Source of the DNA: a virus
Virus record (IMG/VR): IMGVR_UViG_3300021471_000006
Coordinates: 45,486-109,485 of that record
DNA: 64,000 bases
Direction: 5' to 3' (one strand)
Under the pieces are notes generated by a model. That model did not search any database, was not told the DNA's origin, and saw nothing but the letters and a program-made list of their open reading frames with translations. The number at the start of each line of letters is the position of its first letter. Positions within the stretch are counted from its first letter, which is position 1. Below are positions 54,864-64,000 of the stretch, one piece after another. The position numbers were made by a program, and so were the translations under genes.

Positions 54864-57380
54864 CTATGGATTATAATTAGGGTCTGCCTGCCAAATTGCT
54901 TTGATAGTCAAGTCCCCTGTAATAGTAGCACTTGTTTCAAAAGGTAAATAACCTTTATATCTAGCCTTAACTGTAACTGGTTGTGGATTTGTATAACTAA
55001 ACTGTTGAGTCGCCTTATACTTTCCACCATCTGAAACACTTGCATAACTATTCATAAGTGTGTCTCCTTCTGCTAAATCTCCACCAGCTGCTGCCTCTAT
55101 ATAACATCTTACATAAGCAGTGGGCTCGTCTCCACTTACAACACTACCAATTGTAAGAGTAACTGTAACTGGAGGAGTATAGGTTGTTCCATAATCATCT
55201 GTCATATAGTCTATACTTCCGCCGCCTCTATTTGCTAAAAACACGCCTTCATTTAAATTCACGTTTCTTTCTGTATAATAGCCTTCGGGACCAGAATATA
55301 TTAACTGAGACTGTTCATCTTCTCCCCATTCCAAAACATTAATATATGTTCCGGTTGGAGATGTACTAGACATTCTTGCAGCTAAATAATCGTAAGTAAT
55401 AGCCATTGACTTATTACGACAATCAACCCACCAAGAGTACGAACGTTCGGTATTATCTGTATAAACTCCAGACCATGTAAACTCTGGATTAATAAGTGTT
55501 TCTCCATTACTAAATGTACTTGCGTTTCTATTCTTTAAAAATATTTTTCCATCACTTGCATCTCCTTCTTCAAAACTAACTACCACTCCCTCCGCTTTCG
55601 ATGTTGTACCTCTTACCGTACTTCCAATACTTAAAGTTCCACTTCCAGTACCAAATTCAATTAACGTCGCTGGATTTGTTTCTTTCCAAGTAATAATACC
55701 GCTTCCATTACTATATGCTGTATTCCAATCTGTTTGGGTAATTGCAGAATCTGGAACTAGTGTAATAGTAGATACTATACCGGCATTCACCGTTTGTGCA
55801 GCAACATATGGTGAATAAGTATATTTATAAACTTTAAGAGCAAAATCTCCATAAGCAGTTACTAATAATGAACCGCCAACATCACTGCTTGTATATTCTC
55901 TAGCTAATATGTTTGAACTTGCTACTCCACTTGAGTCAGTACTCTGTCTATTTGCACTTGGTAAATTTTGTCCAGTTGAGCCTTCATAAATATATGTTTG
56001 CGCAGTTCCTATGGCTGTTCCATCAGATTGCTGAACTGTTAAATCTAGCGAGTATTTCTCATTAACTATATTTCCACTAGTTCCTACAAAATTTAATTCT
56101 GTTGTTCCAGTGGGGTCTATAGTCCACGACGGATTAACAACATTCCATGTCTCATTATCTTCTAATGTAATATATGGAGTTGTAAAGTTATTAAAATTAT
56201 AATCTTTAAGTTCTATAGCCGCAGTTCCAGTACTACTTGACTGAAATCCTGGACCTTGAATAATATTCCATTCAGATGAATCCATATTAGCCATATCTTT
56301 AATGTCTATAGATTTAACACTATCTTTAGCAAAAGTAACTTGATTTCTTAAATAAAGAGGCGCATATGAACTGTCATCAACATCTAGTTCTACATAATTC
56401 ATATCGTTAAAAGTGCAATCAACTATTTTACAAGCAGTGCCAAGGACAGCAGCGCCCCCAATAACTGCTGCACTCCCCGCCGATAATGTAACTGAATATA
56501 AGTTAAAAACATCAATATCTTTATCTGAAACTTCCAATGTCCACGGTTTTCCAATGCTCTTTATAATGGATGGATTGGAGCCCAAAGTATTAGACCCGGT
56601 ACCAACACTATCTCCAAGTTGGAAACTTGTAGTTCCTGCTGAAGAGCCCACAACACTAATCTTATAATGAGTACTTGACACTTTCATGTCATCAAATATT
56701 ACAATTTGGTCTTTATCTTCAAAAAATAAATTATCATTTCCAGTAGTTCCAAACTGTACAGGTCCCACAAGAAAATAACTTCCTCCTCTTTTTCTAATAA
56801 AACCCGCTACAACTGCATCATCTGCTGTAACCAATGCATCAAAATCATCTGGAGCACCAAGTGTGCCGCCAGTAACAGTCATTGGGTCATTTCCATATCT
56901 AATATAATCTACATAACAGTTGTCTGCAAGCTTGCTTTTTGCCGTACATTTAAAACCTACTCCAATATTTGTAATTGAAGATAAATTTGCATTTGTTCCA
57001 TTGTTTGAATCTGGAGCCGCGCCCGTATGAATGGAAAAACACTGCCAGCCGCCCTTGTATGTATCACTTCCTCCCACATACCAATAGCTTTCATTTCCAG
57101 AATTATCTCTGAGACATATTTGCATACCACCAGCAGCTCTAGTATCCAATGTTGGAGCTGTCATAACCATCAACCAAGCGTATATGGCAGTATTACTGAG
57201 ATTTGTAGCAGTTTGTGATGCACCAAATACTCTTAAAGTCTCTATATCAACATCAAAGGCAATTGAGCCAGAGCCTTCTACATAAAAGTCTGTATCAACA
57301 CCAAGTGTTGCATCACCAGTCCAATTATCTGTTTCACAGTAATCCCATACAGTTGTTTTATCTAATGCTGTCAGTGCCAT
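54864..57380 (-). CDS. Putative virion structural (tail) protein
   Basis: Thr/Gly/Ser-rich; C-terminal KGYLPFETSATI. Confidence 0.65.
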   Translation of the reverse strand: MALTALDKTTVWDYCETDNWTGDATLGVDTDFYVEGSGSIAFDVDIETLRVFGASQTATNLSNTAIYAWLMVMTAPTLDTRAAGGMQICLRDNSGNESYWYVGGSDTYKGGWQCFSIHTGAAPDSNNGTNANLSSITNIGVGFKCTAKSKLADNCYVDYIRYGNDPMTVTGGTLGAPDDFDALVTADDAVVAGFIRKRGGSYFLVGPVQFGTTGNDNLFFEDKDQIVIFDDMKVSSTHYKISVVGSSAGTTSFQLGDSVGTGSNTLGSNPSIIKSIGKPWTLEVSDKDIDVFNLYSVTLSAGSAAVIGGAAVLGTACKIVDCTFNDMNYVELDVDDSSYAPLYLRNQVTFAKDSVKSIDIKDMANMDSSEWNIIQGPGFQSSSTGTAAIELKDYNFNNFTTPYITLEDNETWNVVNPSWTIDPTGTTELNFVGTSGNIVNEKYSLDLTVQQSDGTAIGTAQTYIYEGSTGQNLPSANRQSTDSSGVASSNILAREYTSSDVGGSLLVTAYGDFALKVYKYTYSPYVAAQTVNAGIVSTITLVPDSAITQTDWNTAYSNGSGIITWKETNPATLIEFGTGSGTLSIGSTVRGTTSKAEGVVVSFEEGDASDGKIFLKNRNASTFSNGETLINPEFTWSGVYTDNTERSYSWWVDCRNKSMAITYDYLAARMSSTSPTGTYINVLEWGEDEQSQLIYSGPEGYYTERNVNLNEGVFLANRGGGSIDYMTDDYGTTYTPPVTVTLTIGSVVSGDEPTAYVRCYIEAAAGGDLAEGDTLMNSYASVSDGGKYKATQQFSYTNPQPVTVKARYKGYLPFETSATITGDLTIKAIWQADPNYNP

Positions 57381-57852
57381 ATTTTGTAAACCTATCGTAT
57401 AATATTATAGGGACCACTAAAACGTCCCACAATAAACCTTTTCTAGTTGTTGGAATATATACGTATTCACATTTTTTCAAGTTGTCAGTCTTTAAGTCTG
57501 TATAGTTGGGTCCTATAACATAAAAAACATTGTCTTTAGGATGTTTAAAATCTTTGAGTTTTGTCTTTTTAAAGTTCTTAGGAATGTTATGCTCTTGCAT
57601 CAATATAACAAATTTGTAATTCTCGTATTTTTTCATAACCTCTTCCAAAGAATTAAACTTTTGGAAATTGATTTCGGCGTCCCCATAATATGGGTCAGTA
57701 TTATCTAAATCTATAAGTATAAAATTTTTTACATTGAAAGACTTGAGTGCATAAGACCACATTCTTAGAATGTGCTTTTGAGCATATCCCGAAATCTTAT
57801 CATTCTTATAAATCCAATCTGGGTTTTCCCAATGTCCGACTACTCCTATCAT
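57358..57852 (-). CDS. SPOUT (SpoU/TrmH-like) methyltransferase-fold protein
   Basis: L.DF.HP....YVIGP...V.IP.....L......IILYDR knot-like pattern. Confidence 0.6.
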   Translation of the reverse strand: MIGVVGHWENPDWIYKNDKISGYAQKHILRMWSYALKSFNVKNFILIDLDNTDPYYGDAEINFQKFNSLEEVMKKYENYKFVILMQEHNIPKNFKKTKLKDFKHPKDNVFYVIGPNYTDLKTDNLKKCEYVYIPTTRKGLLWDVLVVPIILYDRFTKYGTDSIR

Positions 57853-58052
57853 AGTTCCACCTCTGGATTCTCTTTTTTAAAATCTTCAAGAGGTATCCAT
57901 TTCTTCCAGTTCCAGTTTTTCCCTATTACCATAATTTCTACATATTCTTCGTCTACTATGTTTCCATAAATATCTGGAACTTGATGAATTATTTCTTTAA
58001 CATATTCTACCTTTCTTTCTTTTCCATCATCATTTATTTTCAATCTTCTCAC
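57849..58052 (-). CDS. Small hypothetical protein
   Basis: Operonic ORF. Confidence 0.6.
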   Translation of the reverse strand: MRRLKINDDGKERKVEYVKEIIHQVPDIYGNIVDEEYVEIMVIGKNWNWKKWIPLEDFKKENPEVEL

Positions 58053-58054
58053 CT

Positions 58055-58381
58055 CTAATTTAGCACTGCGTCTACAGTGAATGATTTATACAACGAATAT
58101 GAAAGAGAAGTTCTATTGTCCCATATATTGTTGTATTTAGTGTCTCCATCGGCAAATACTACTGAAATTAAGTTGCCATCTGAATCATAAAAATATTTTC
58201 TAATTTGCCATACAGCCTCTGAAGTAGCTGAGCCCGCCACAGCAATTCCATAATATTCTAAATCTCCATCTGAATTGTAAGCAAATCTGGACGTATACTT
58301 AGCAGTAGCAGTATTTATACTACCATCTGCATTGACACCCATTTTATTCGACGGGTTGTTCCTATCTTCAATTTGAGCCAT
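58055..58381 (-). CDS. Small structural-region protein
   Basis: G.A..GSATS.AVWQI.K...WDNR.SL.Y pattern. Confidence 0.6.
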   Translation of the reverse strand: MAQIEDRNNPSNKMGVNADGSINTATAKYTSRFAYNSDGDLEYYGIAVAGSATSEAVWQIRKYFYDSDGNLISVVFADGDTKYNNIWDNRTSLSYSLYKSFTVDAVLN

Positions 58382-58727
58382 CTTGCTCTATTCCTTCTTT
58401 CTGTATGTCTACATTGGCCTTCTCATCACTCATTCTAATAGCCGGTAAAGGCGGGTTTATTGAAGTTGGCACCACTATTGTAGAGATATTTGTTGGCTCT
58501 GGTAATCTAAATGTCAATTGGATTGCTCCAATAAACGCTATATCGTCAAAGAATCTTTCTAAATTCTCTATCTGGTCTCTAAAAACAGTTGTCTTTACTA
58601 TGAGACCTTCTGATAAAAAATGTAGTTCCAGATAATTTTCTCCTTCATAGTAGTATATTCTTTTCTTGTTTTCTCTAGCCAACTTTAAAAAGTCGCTATA
58701 GTGTATTCCAATTATATTTCCTGCCAT
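58368..58727 (-). CDS. Hypothetical protein
   Basis: Operonic ORF. Confidence 0.65.
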   Translation of the reverse strand: MAGNIIGIHYSDFLKLARENKKRIYYYEGENYLELHFLSEGLIVKTTVFRDQIENLERFFDDIAFIGAIQLTFRLPEPTNISTIVVPTSINPPLPAIRMSDEKANVDIQKEGIEQDGSN

Positions 58728-58739
58728 TTTATTCTACCA

Positions 58740-59078
58740 CTATTTTCTCCCGAATGCTGTAAGTACTGTCTCTTTCCCGTAAACAATTATTGAACTCCAT
58801 TTACGTAGCAAGTAAATTAAACCAGTAGATACCATAAAATCATACACATACGGAGCGTCATATCCAGTTCCATATTGTGCAAGACCACTTATGACACCAG
58901 CAGCTACTGCTACCAATAGTGTTGCTCCCATTTTTTTCCAATCAAAAGGAGCATCTGCATCTTCTTTTCTTTTCTCAACCCAGTACTTCCAATAGCCTGA
59001 AAGTGTATAGGCCAGACCACTAACTACAGACCTTCCTATTGTTTGTAATACGGGAACTAAAGCGTTCCAGTCTACCAT
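58740..59078 (-). CDS. Small multi-pass membrane protein (holin-like)
   Basis: Three hydrophobic segments; FDWKKM..T motif; GGAGG RBS. Confidence 0.55.
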   Translation of the reverse strand: MVDWNALVPVLQTIGRSVVSGLAYTLSGYWKYWVEKRKEDADAPFDWKKMGATLLVAVAAGVISGLAQYGTGYDAPYVYDFMVSTGLIYLLRKWSSIIVYGKETVLTAFGRK

Positions 59079-59093
59079 TTTATTTCAACCTCC

Positions 59094-59417
59094 TTATCCA
59101 AAAAATTTTTTAAAATATGATATTACACCTATGAAACCACCAATGAAACCAGATACAAAACCTATAAGTCCAGACTTTACCTCAACTTTAGTAACTCTAT
59201 TTTCCATTTCTTTAACATAATTATAATTTAACTTGATTTGCTTCTCTATTAAGTTCTTGACTTCATCTAACTTTTTATAGTTTTGCTCAACTTTTTTTTC
59301 AACTGAAGCTATATAGCTTTCCTGGTCTTCCAGTTTAGCTCTAGTCCATCCCCAACGTTCCGCTTGAGTGGCTTTCCACGTGCCATTATTGTTGTTATTT
59401 GACATTCTATCCCTCAA
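59094..59417 (-). CDS. Coiled-coil protein with C-terminal TM helix
   Basis: Heptads plus GxxxG-rich hydrophobic tail; reverse TATA at 59464-59477. Confidence 0.65.
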   Translation of the reverse strand: MRDRMSNNNNNGTWKATQAERWGWTRAKLEDQESYIASVEKKVEQNYKKLDEVKNLIEKQIKLNYNYVKEMENRVTKVEVKSGLIGFVSGFIGGFIGVISYFKKFFG

Positions 59418-59476
59418 TTTACTTTTTTGTCTCCCTGTATATATTAAATATATTAACTTCCTATATATAAATGTTT

Positions 59477-61072
59477 CTATTTAAATAACACACAAATAGC
59501 ACCAAATTCCGGTGATATGTCGTCTGAAGTTGCTAAATTAATTCTTACTCTTAATTTTTTTCCACTTGAACTAAATGTATGTAACGTTCCAGGAGTAACA
59601 GTCTCCCACGTATTACCATCATTGTTACTAACTTCATATGTACAGTTTGTGTAATTATTTGCATCAATTCTGAGTTCACATTTAGTTATATTTTCATCTG
59701 CTTGTCCATCTGTAACTGTAGACACAATTCTACTTTCACATACTCCACTTGCCTGTCCAGAAGACAGTCTTAATATGCCTTCACTCAATTCACAATTTGA
59801 AAGCACTAATAAAGAGCCTTCATCATCATCAAAATCAAAATTCAAGCTATTACTCATATTGTTTAAGTTATTATAAGGAGTAAGTGCTTTTTCAATATCG
59901 TAAGCATCCTGAAACAAATCAGAAACTCTGTCTGTTTTTTTAGATACATTTACGGTTGTAAAACTTCCGCTATTTCTCCCATATTCTGTAGTAAAACTTG
60001 AAATCTTATAGTTTCCATCAATATCACAGTACGGAACTGTAATTCTAATAACTTCTCCGGGATTGAGAGTAGACAATACCAGTGAAGTTAATCTGCCTTT
60101 TTGTGTTGAAGTAGAGCTCTGTGATAATTCTGAAAGAGCCCTATTTGTTAACTCACTTACTTCACTAAGCGAGCTATCTGTGATTACCTTTGTTTTAATC
60201 CAAAAATTTGCTTGCGATGTGGCGTCCTCTTTGGTTTTTATTCTAATAATATTATTATTGTTCTGTCCATAGACTATTATTTTATTCTTTACTTCATTAT
60301 TATTATAGCCGAACTCACCCACAGTACTGAGATTTTCTCCATAAGATATATATTCGTCTGAATTTATTATACTTTCTTCCTCAAATACTCTGATTAACCA
60401 ATCATTTCCATCATAATGTATGTAAAAATCTAATCCTGCCTGTTTACAAATATCTCTCATAATTTCAAGATAACTTCTATTCTGATATGCCTGAGTTATA
60501 GTTGTGTCAACATCTCCTACAGTGATTGTGTTAGCTGGGTCCCATTTTAGTCCTGTTCCATAAAGTATTCCGTCATCCCAATTTCCTTGTGAATCTATAA
60601 GAGTGCCCCCAGAACTGCTTCCTTTTAGCGCATATATTGCGTTTTTATTTGAAAACTGAATTATAGTGACATCGTCAGCTATTTCTGGATAATCTCTTCC
60701 ATCAAGATACACTACCCAGCCTTCTGCAAATGTAAGTCCATATGTTACATTATCAACCTTTCCTCTAAATACTCTGGTAGTAGCATCTGTGAAATCTAAA
60801 AAAATATCTACTATTTCCCCTCCATTGAACTTTCTAAGAAACTGCCCATCTAAATTTGATAAAGTAATTCTAAAACTACCTAAACTATCTGTAGCAGTTC
60901 TTGTAAACTGTGCTGATAATGTTCGTGCTTCGTCTACTGCTCCACTATATGAGTTTAAAACAGTATGTGTCGTATTTAAATCGTCTATAATCTGTATTTT
61001 CCATAGAGGTTCATATCTAGATAAGGGAATAAATATTCCGCCTCTGCTAACAAATGTTGTTGGTCGTGGCAT
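59477..61072 (-). CDS. Putative baseplate hub / tail protein
   Basis: F.I.L.N.DG, F.G.VD, GRDY, ICKQAG.DFY, N.IIVYG, L.PGE.I pattern of hub-type tail proteins. Confidence 0.6.
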   Translation of the reverse strand: MPRPTTFVSRGGIFIPLSRYEPLWKIQIIDDLNTTHTVLNSYSGAVDEARTLSAQFTRTATDSLGSFRITLSNLDGQFLRKFNGGEIVDIFLDFTDATTRVFRGKVDNVTYGLTFAEGWVVYLDGRDYPEIADDVTIIQFSNKNAIYALKGSSSGGTLIDSQGNWDDGILYGTGLKWDPANTITVGDVDTTITQAYQNRSYLEIMRDICKQAGLDFYIHYDGNDWLIRVFEEESIINSDEYISYGENLSTVGEFGYNNNEVKNKIIVYGQNNNNIIRIKTKEDATSQANFWIKTKVITDSSLSEVSELTNRALSELSQSSTSTQKGRLTSLVLSTLNPGEVIRITVPYCDIDGNYKISSFTTEYGRNSGSFTTVNVSKKTDRVSDLFQDAYDIEKALTPYNNLNNMSNSLNFDFDDDEGSLLVLSNCELSEGILRLSSGQASGVCESRIVSTVTDGQADENITKCELRIDANNYTNCTYEVSNNDGNTWETVTPGTLHTFSSSGKKLRVRINLATSDDISPEFGAICVLFK

Positions 61073-61074
61073 TT

Positions 61075-63999
61075 TTAACTACAATAGTCGCTCGTATTCA
61101 CACAATCTGTACATAATGAACTTATTAAAAATACTGGCTCATAATAAGCTAAACTGCTGGGGTCACACGAAGTTAAATTTACAAACCAATAAAGTTCTAT
61201 TTGTTCATCTCTAAATAACTGGTCTTCTATCTCAGTACAAGTATCTGATACACTAACTCTACTAGGAACATACGGAATGTTCCACCAAATTGCCTCCTCA
61301 TATAGTTTTCCAGAATGGGCATCGGAAGAACCATCATAAACTGTTTCCCACCCAGTAGAGTTTTTACAATACCAGGCTCCATAAGAGTTTGATACTGGAG
61401 TATTGGATATCTCTCTCAATTCTATTGGGTCTTGTGCAAAACAAGAACTTGAAATTGTCCAGTTGTTTCTGTCAGATGGATACCCCCCTCTTTTAACCTC
61501 CCATTTAGCTCCAGTAGCTCTAGACGGTTTACTATAGTTTAAATAAATATAGCTTGGGTTGCCACCAACTTCGTCCATAGAGTAAGTGCTCCAAATTCCA
61601 TCATAACCATTTGAACATGGATATGACCCATCGAAAGTTCCTGAACAGACAGTGCTGTTTGCATTCTCCTGATAAGTCCAGTCTACACTATCTGTCGAAT
61701 ATTTATCATATGCTATATTAAGACATGCCGGAACACTTGAATTCATTCTTATATTTATCTTTGCATTTTGATTAGGTCTTTGTAACATTGTAATAGTATG
61801 GAATGGTACTCCGGTTTTATTATCTTGACCAAATGGTTCTAAATTCTTTGAATTAACAGTTGTTGGAAAAATCCAAAAATCGTCAACATTGGGTGGTAAT
61901 GTTACATTGAATGGACTATATTTTGTATATATATATGTATTTACATTAGATGGAGTAATATTTATCTCTATTGTATCATTTCCATAGTGATTCAATTCCA
62001 TATTATCTATAGTCACACTTTGGTCACCAGTACCAGACCAAGATATGTTAATATCTATCTGGCAAGGATCCTTATCGCACTCGCTTGTAAATTTACTTAT
62101 ATTTAAATCTCGTTTATGGGCGTTAATGTTAAATGCTGTTATATTTATACTAAAATTTAATAATCCTGTAGAATCTGAATATATTCTAAAAGGCACCGGA
62201 CAGCTATCTACATAACTAAAATCACAATTATTATCTATATATATATTATATAGGCTCTTCCCAGTATCTTCATTGGTAGTGTTTTCAGATATGTCATATT
62301 TTCTCTCCGTATCAATTTGAGTATTATTAATCCAATCTAATATGCCATCATCTCCTATATCTATAGATATGTTGATAGGAAAAGAACTGGTAAAGCCTTT
62401 TATTATTGAAGTATTTATTATAGGAGTTATTTGCATATCACCAGTTTTAAGTCTCCATTTTAATTTTATTTTATTTCCAGTACTACTGAAATTATGCTGG
62501 TATTCGATATTATCATATATTATATTTTCCCAATTACTTCCATCGTCGGCACTAATATATGTGTCAGTTTCTCCATCTGTTCTATTGTCTAGTGTCACTT
62601 TAACTGTAACATTTGTAATTGTGTAGTTTGTCTCCAACAGTGTTTTGGTAATAGTGTCTTGCCACTCATCTGTTATAAATGCGTCAAATTCTACTTGTCC
62701 AGTTTCGTTGGGTTCAACTGTTCCGTGTAATATTACTTTAGCGTTGGGCTCAATACTATATCCGCCAGAAGAATATCCATATACATTTACATTAAGTACA
62801 ACAAATTTTGAACTATTAACATAATCTGCTCTATTTGTATCATTTATTTTAAAATTTGAGTTAAGCGAATCGCAGCTCTCATCATTATCTGTATTATCAT
62901 AACAAGAATCTATAATATCATATGTGTTGGTATTCCAATTATATACTGTTATATTTGAGTTAGCTATATCTCCGTCGTCATATATTTCAGCACTTACACG
63001 ATAGTTTATAGTCATATTTCTAGAGGAAGTTATATTAGGTATTTCCAAAGTATAGTATCCTTGGAATGTCTCTCCCGGGCTCATATCACCATATATACGT
63101 ATTCTTGTTTCACTATTAAAATCTTCATCAAAAGAATACCAAAAACGGTCCGTATATTTACCATCCGGTGCATCAGAATACAATGAATCAATATATACGC
63201 CAGGACATGTGGTAGTTTGTGAACAAAAGTCATACTTATGGAACCATGTAGTGGGCTCCATTTCTAGTACTTCTGATTGAACATTCCAATTTGACTCTGT
63301 GTTGTCAGAATCTTTATATAGAGTATTTGAAAAATCTATAGTAATATTGTCTTCTAATGTTTCACCAGACAGTGTAAGTGTAGTATAAAAATTAAAATCT
63401 TCCCCAATAGGGAAATTTACATATCTTAAAACTGAGGAGTCTTGTGTATAATACGGCAATTTCTCTGAAAATAAGCCGTTAGACAGTCTCTTCAATTTTA
63501 ATTCGTTGTTTCCCAAAAAACCAGGTAACATATAATCTATCACACCATCGTTTCCCACATCTAAAGTTACATTTTCTGGTTCGTTTTCTCCAGAAAGGGT
63601 TAAAGACATATTAATAAACTTCGAATAGTTGCTAGCTTCTATTGAAACAATTGACCCCTTGGAAGTAATAGTTTTGTTGTCAGTCAAATCATTAAATTTC
63701 CAGATAAATGGTATTACGCTAAAATTATAATAAAACGGTGCATTGGCACAATAATAGTTTTTCTTGTTATTAATGTCAAGACAAGTATATGTTGTTCCAT
63801 TTACATAAAGTTCTGCATTTGTCTCTACTTCGTATGTTCTGTTTTCAGATAAATTGTTTAAAAAGATTGTGGACAGATATTTCTCGTCTAATGTATATAT
63901 TGTATAACTAGTAATTTCAGGACTTATTCCTCCCGTATCATTAATTCGAATTTTATAATATAAGGGACTTCCACTTAAATTAACTACATTTGTCCCGTC
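61075..63999 (-). CDS. Large sequon-rich surface/extracellular protein (5' end outside the window)
   Basis: Frame stays open to the window edge; about 30 N-x-S/T sequons, paired Cys, two D[VI]G.DG..D[YW] motifs. Confidence 0.7.
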   Translation of the reverse strand, partial: DGTNVVNLSGSPLYYKIRINDTGGISPEITSYTIYTLDEKYLSTIFLNNLSENRTYEVETNAELYVNGTTYTCLDINNKKNYYCANAPFYYNFSVIPFIWKFNDLTDNKTITSKGSIVSIEASNYSKFINMSLTLSGENEPENVTLDVGNDGVIDYMLPGFLGNNELKLKRLSNGLFSEKLPYYTQDSSVLRYVNFPIGEDFNFYTTLTLSGETLEDNITIDFSNTLYKDSDNTESNWNVQSEVLEMEPTTWFHKYDFCSQTTTCPGVYIDSLYSDAPDGKYTDRFWYSFDEDFNSETRIRIYGDMSPGETFQGYYTLEIPNITSSRNMTINYRVSAEIYDDGDIANSNITVYNWNTNTYDIIDSCYDNTDNDESCDSLNSNFKINDTNRADYVNSSKFVVLNVNVYGYSSGGYSIEPNAKVILHGTVEPNETGQVEFDAFITDEWQDTITKTLLETNYTITNVTVKVTLDNRTDGETDTYISADDGSNWENIIYDNIEYQHNFSSTGNKIKLKWRLKTGDMQITPIINTSIIKGFTSSFPINISIDIGDDGILDWINNTQIDTERKYDISENTTNEDTGKSLYNIYIDNNCDFSYVDSCPVPFRIYSDSTGLLNFSINITAFNINAHKRDLNISKFTSECDKDPCQIDINISWSGTGDQSVTIDNMELNHYGNDTIEINITPSNVNTYIYTKYSPFNVTLPPNVDDFWIFPTTVNSKNLEPFGQDNKTGVPFHTITMLQRPNQNAKINIRMNSSVPACLNIAYDKYSTDSVDWTYQENANSTVCSGTFDGSYPCSNGYDGIWSTYSMDEVGGNPSYIYLNYSKPSRATGAKWEVKRGGYPSDRNNWTISSSCFAQDPIELREISNTPVSNSYGAWYCKNSTGWETVYDGSSDAHSGKLYEEAIWWNIPYVPSRVSVSDTCTEIEDQLFRDEQIELYWFVNLTSCDPSSLAYYEPVFLISSLCTDCVNTSDYCS

Positions 64000-64000
64000 T

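Noticed and set aside
58055-58381. RHS/YD toxin suggested by YNSDGDL and YDSDGNL
   Set aside because: Only two such units in a 108-aa protein; no RHS core, toxin domain or immunity gene.
1435-62626. Many antisense ORFs (for example 1435..1824, 33408..33917, 36797..37393, 37607..38143, 53269..53601, 60789..61214)
   Set aside because: They shadow well-supported genes on the opposite strand and show no recognisable motifs.
1-64000. Alternative genetic code or an ordinary host chromosome segment
   Set aside because: Conserved genes are intact under the standard code with all three stop codons in use; no ribosomal or core metabolic operons, and the gene content is virus-like.

Overview
AT-rich window that looks like part of a large archaeal virus or related extrachromosomal element. 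It has BRE-TATA promoters, GGAGG/GGTGA ribosome-binding sites, RadA, PCNA, RFC and PolB, but no host housekeeping operons. A DPANN-like host is an inference. No capsid or terminase gene lies in the window. Layout: (1) about 0.9-8.2 kb, separately promoted small genes with motif-rich spacers; (2) about 8-30 kb, dense small + strand ORFs surrounding a complete ubiquitin-like operon (Ubl, E2-like, JAB, E1/ThiF), with a tRNA-Ala and an anticodon-less tRNA-like RNA; (3) about 30-48 kb, replication and nucleotide metabolism (PduO-type adenosyltransferase, MCM-like ATPase, RadA, PCNA, RFC, intein-containing class II RNR, ABC-GNAT fusion, PolB, primase-like protein, resolvase); (4) an S-layer-like gene; (5) about 51-64 kb, - strand tail/structural and surface-protein genes. 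Best candidate for a new system: about 17 otherwise unrelated small proteins (SH3/KOW-like, PARP-type Zn finger, Zn ribbon, membrane-anchored) share a terminal [KR][IV]x[SN]W[KR]xx[IL] tag and flank the ubiquitin-like operon. This suggests a modular adaptor or targeting system. All family calls come from reading motifs by eye; no database searches were run.
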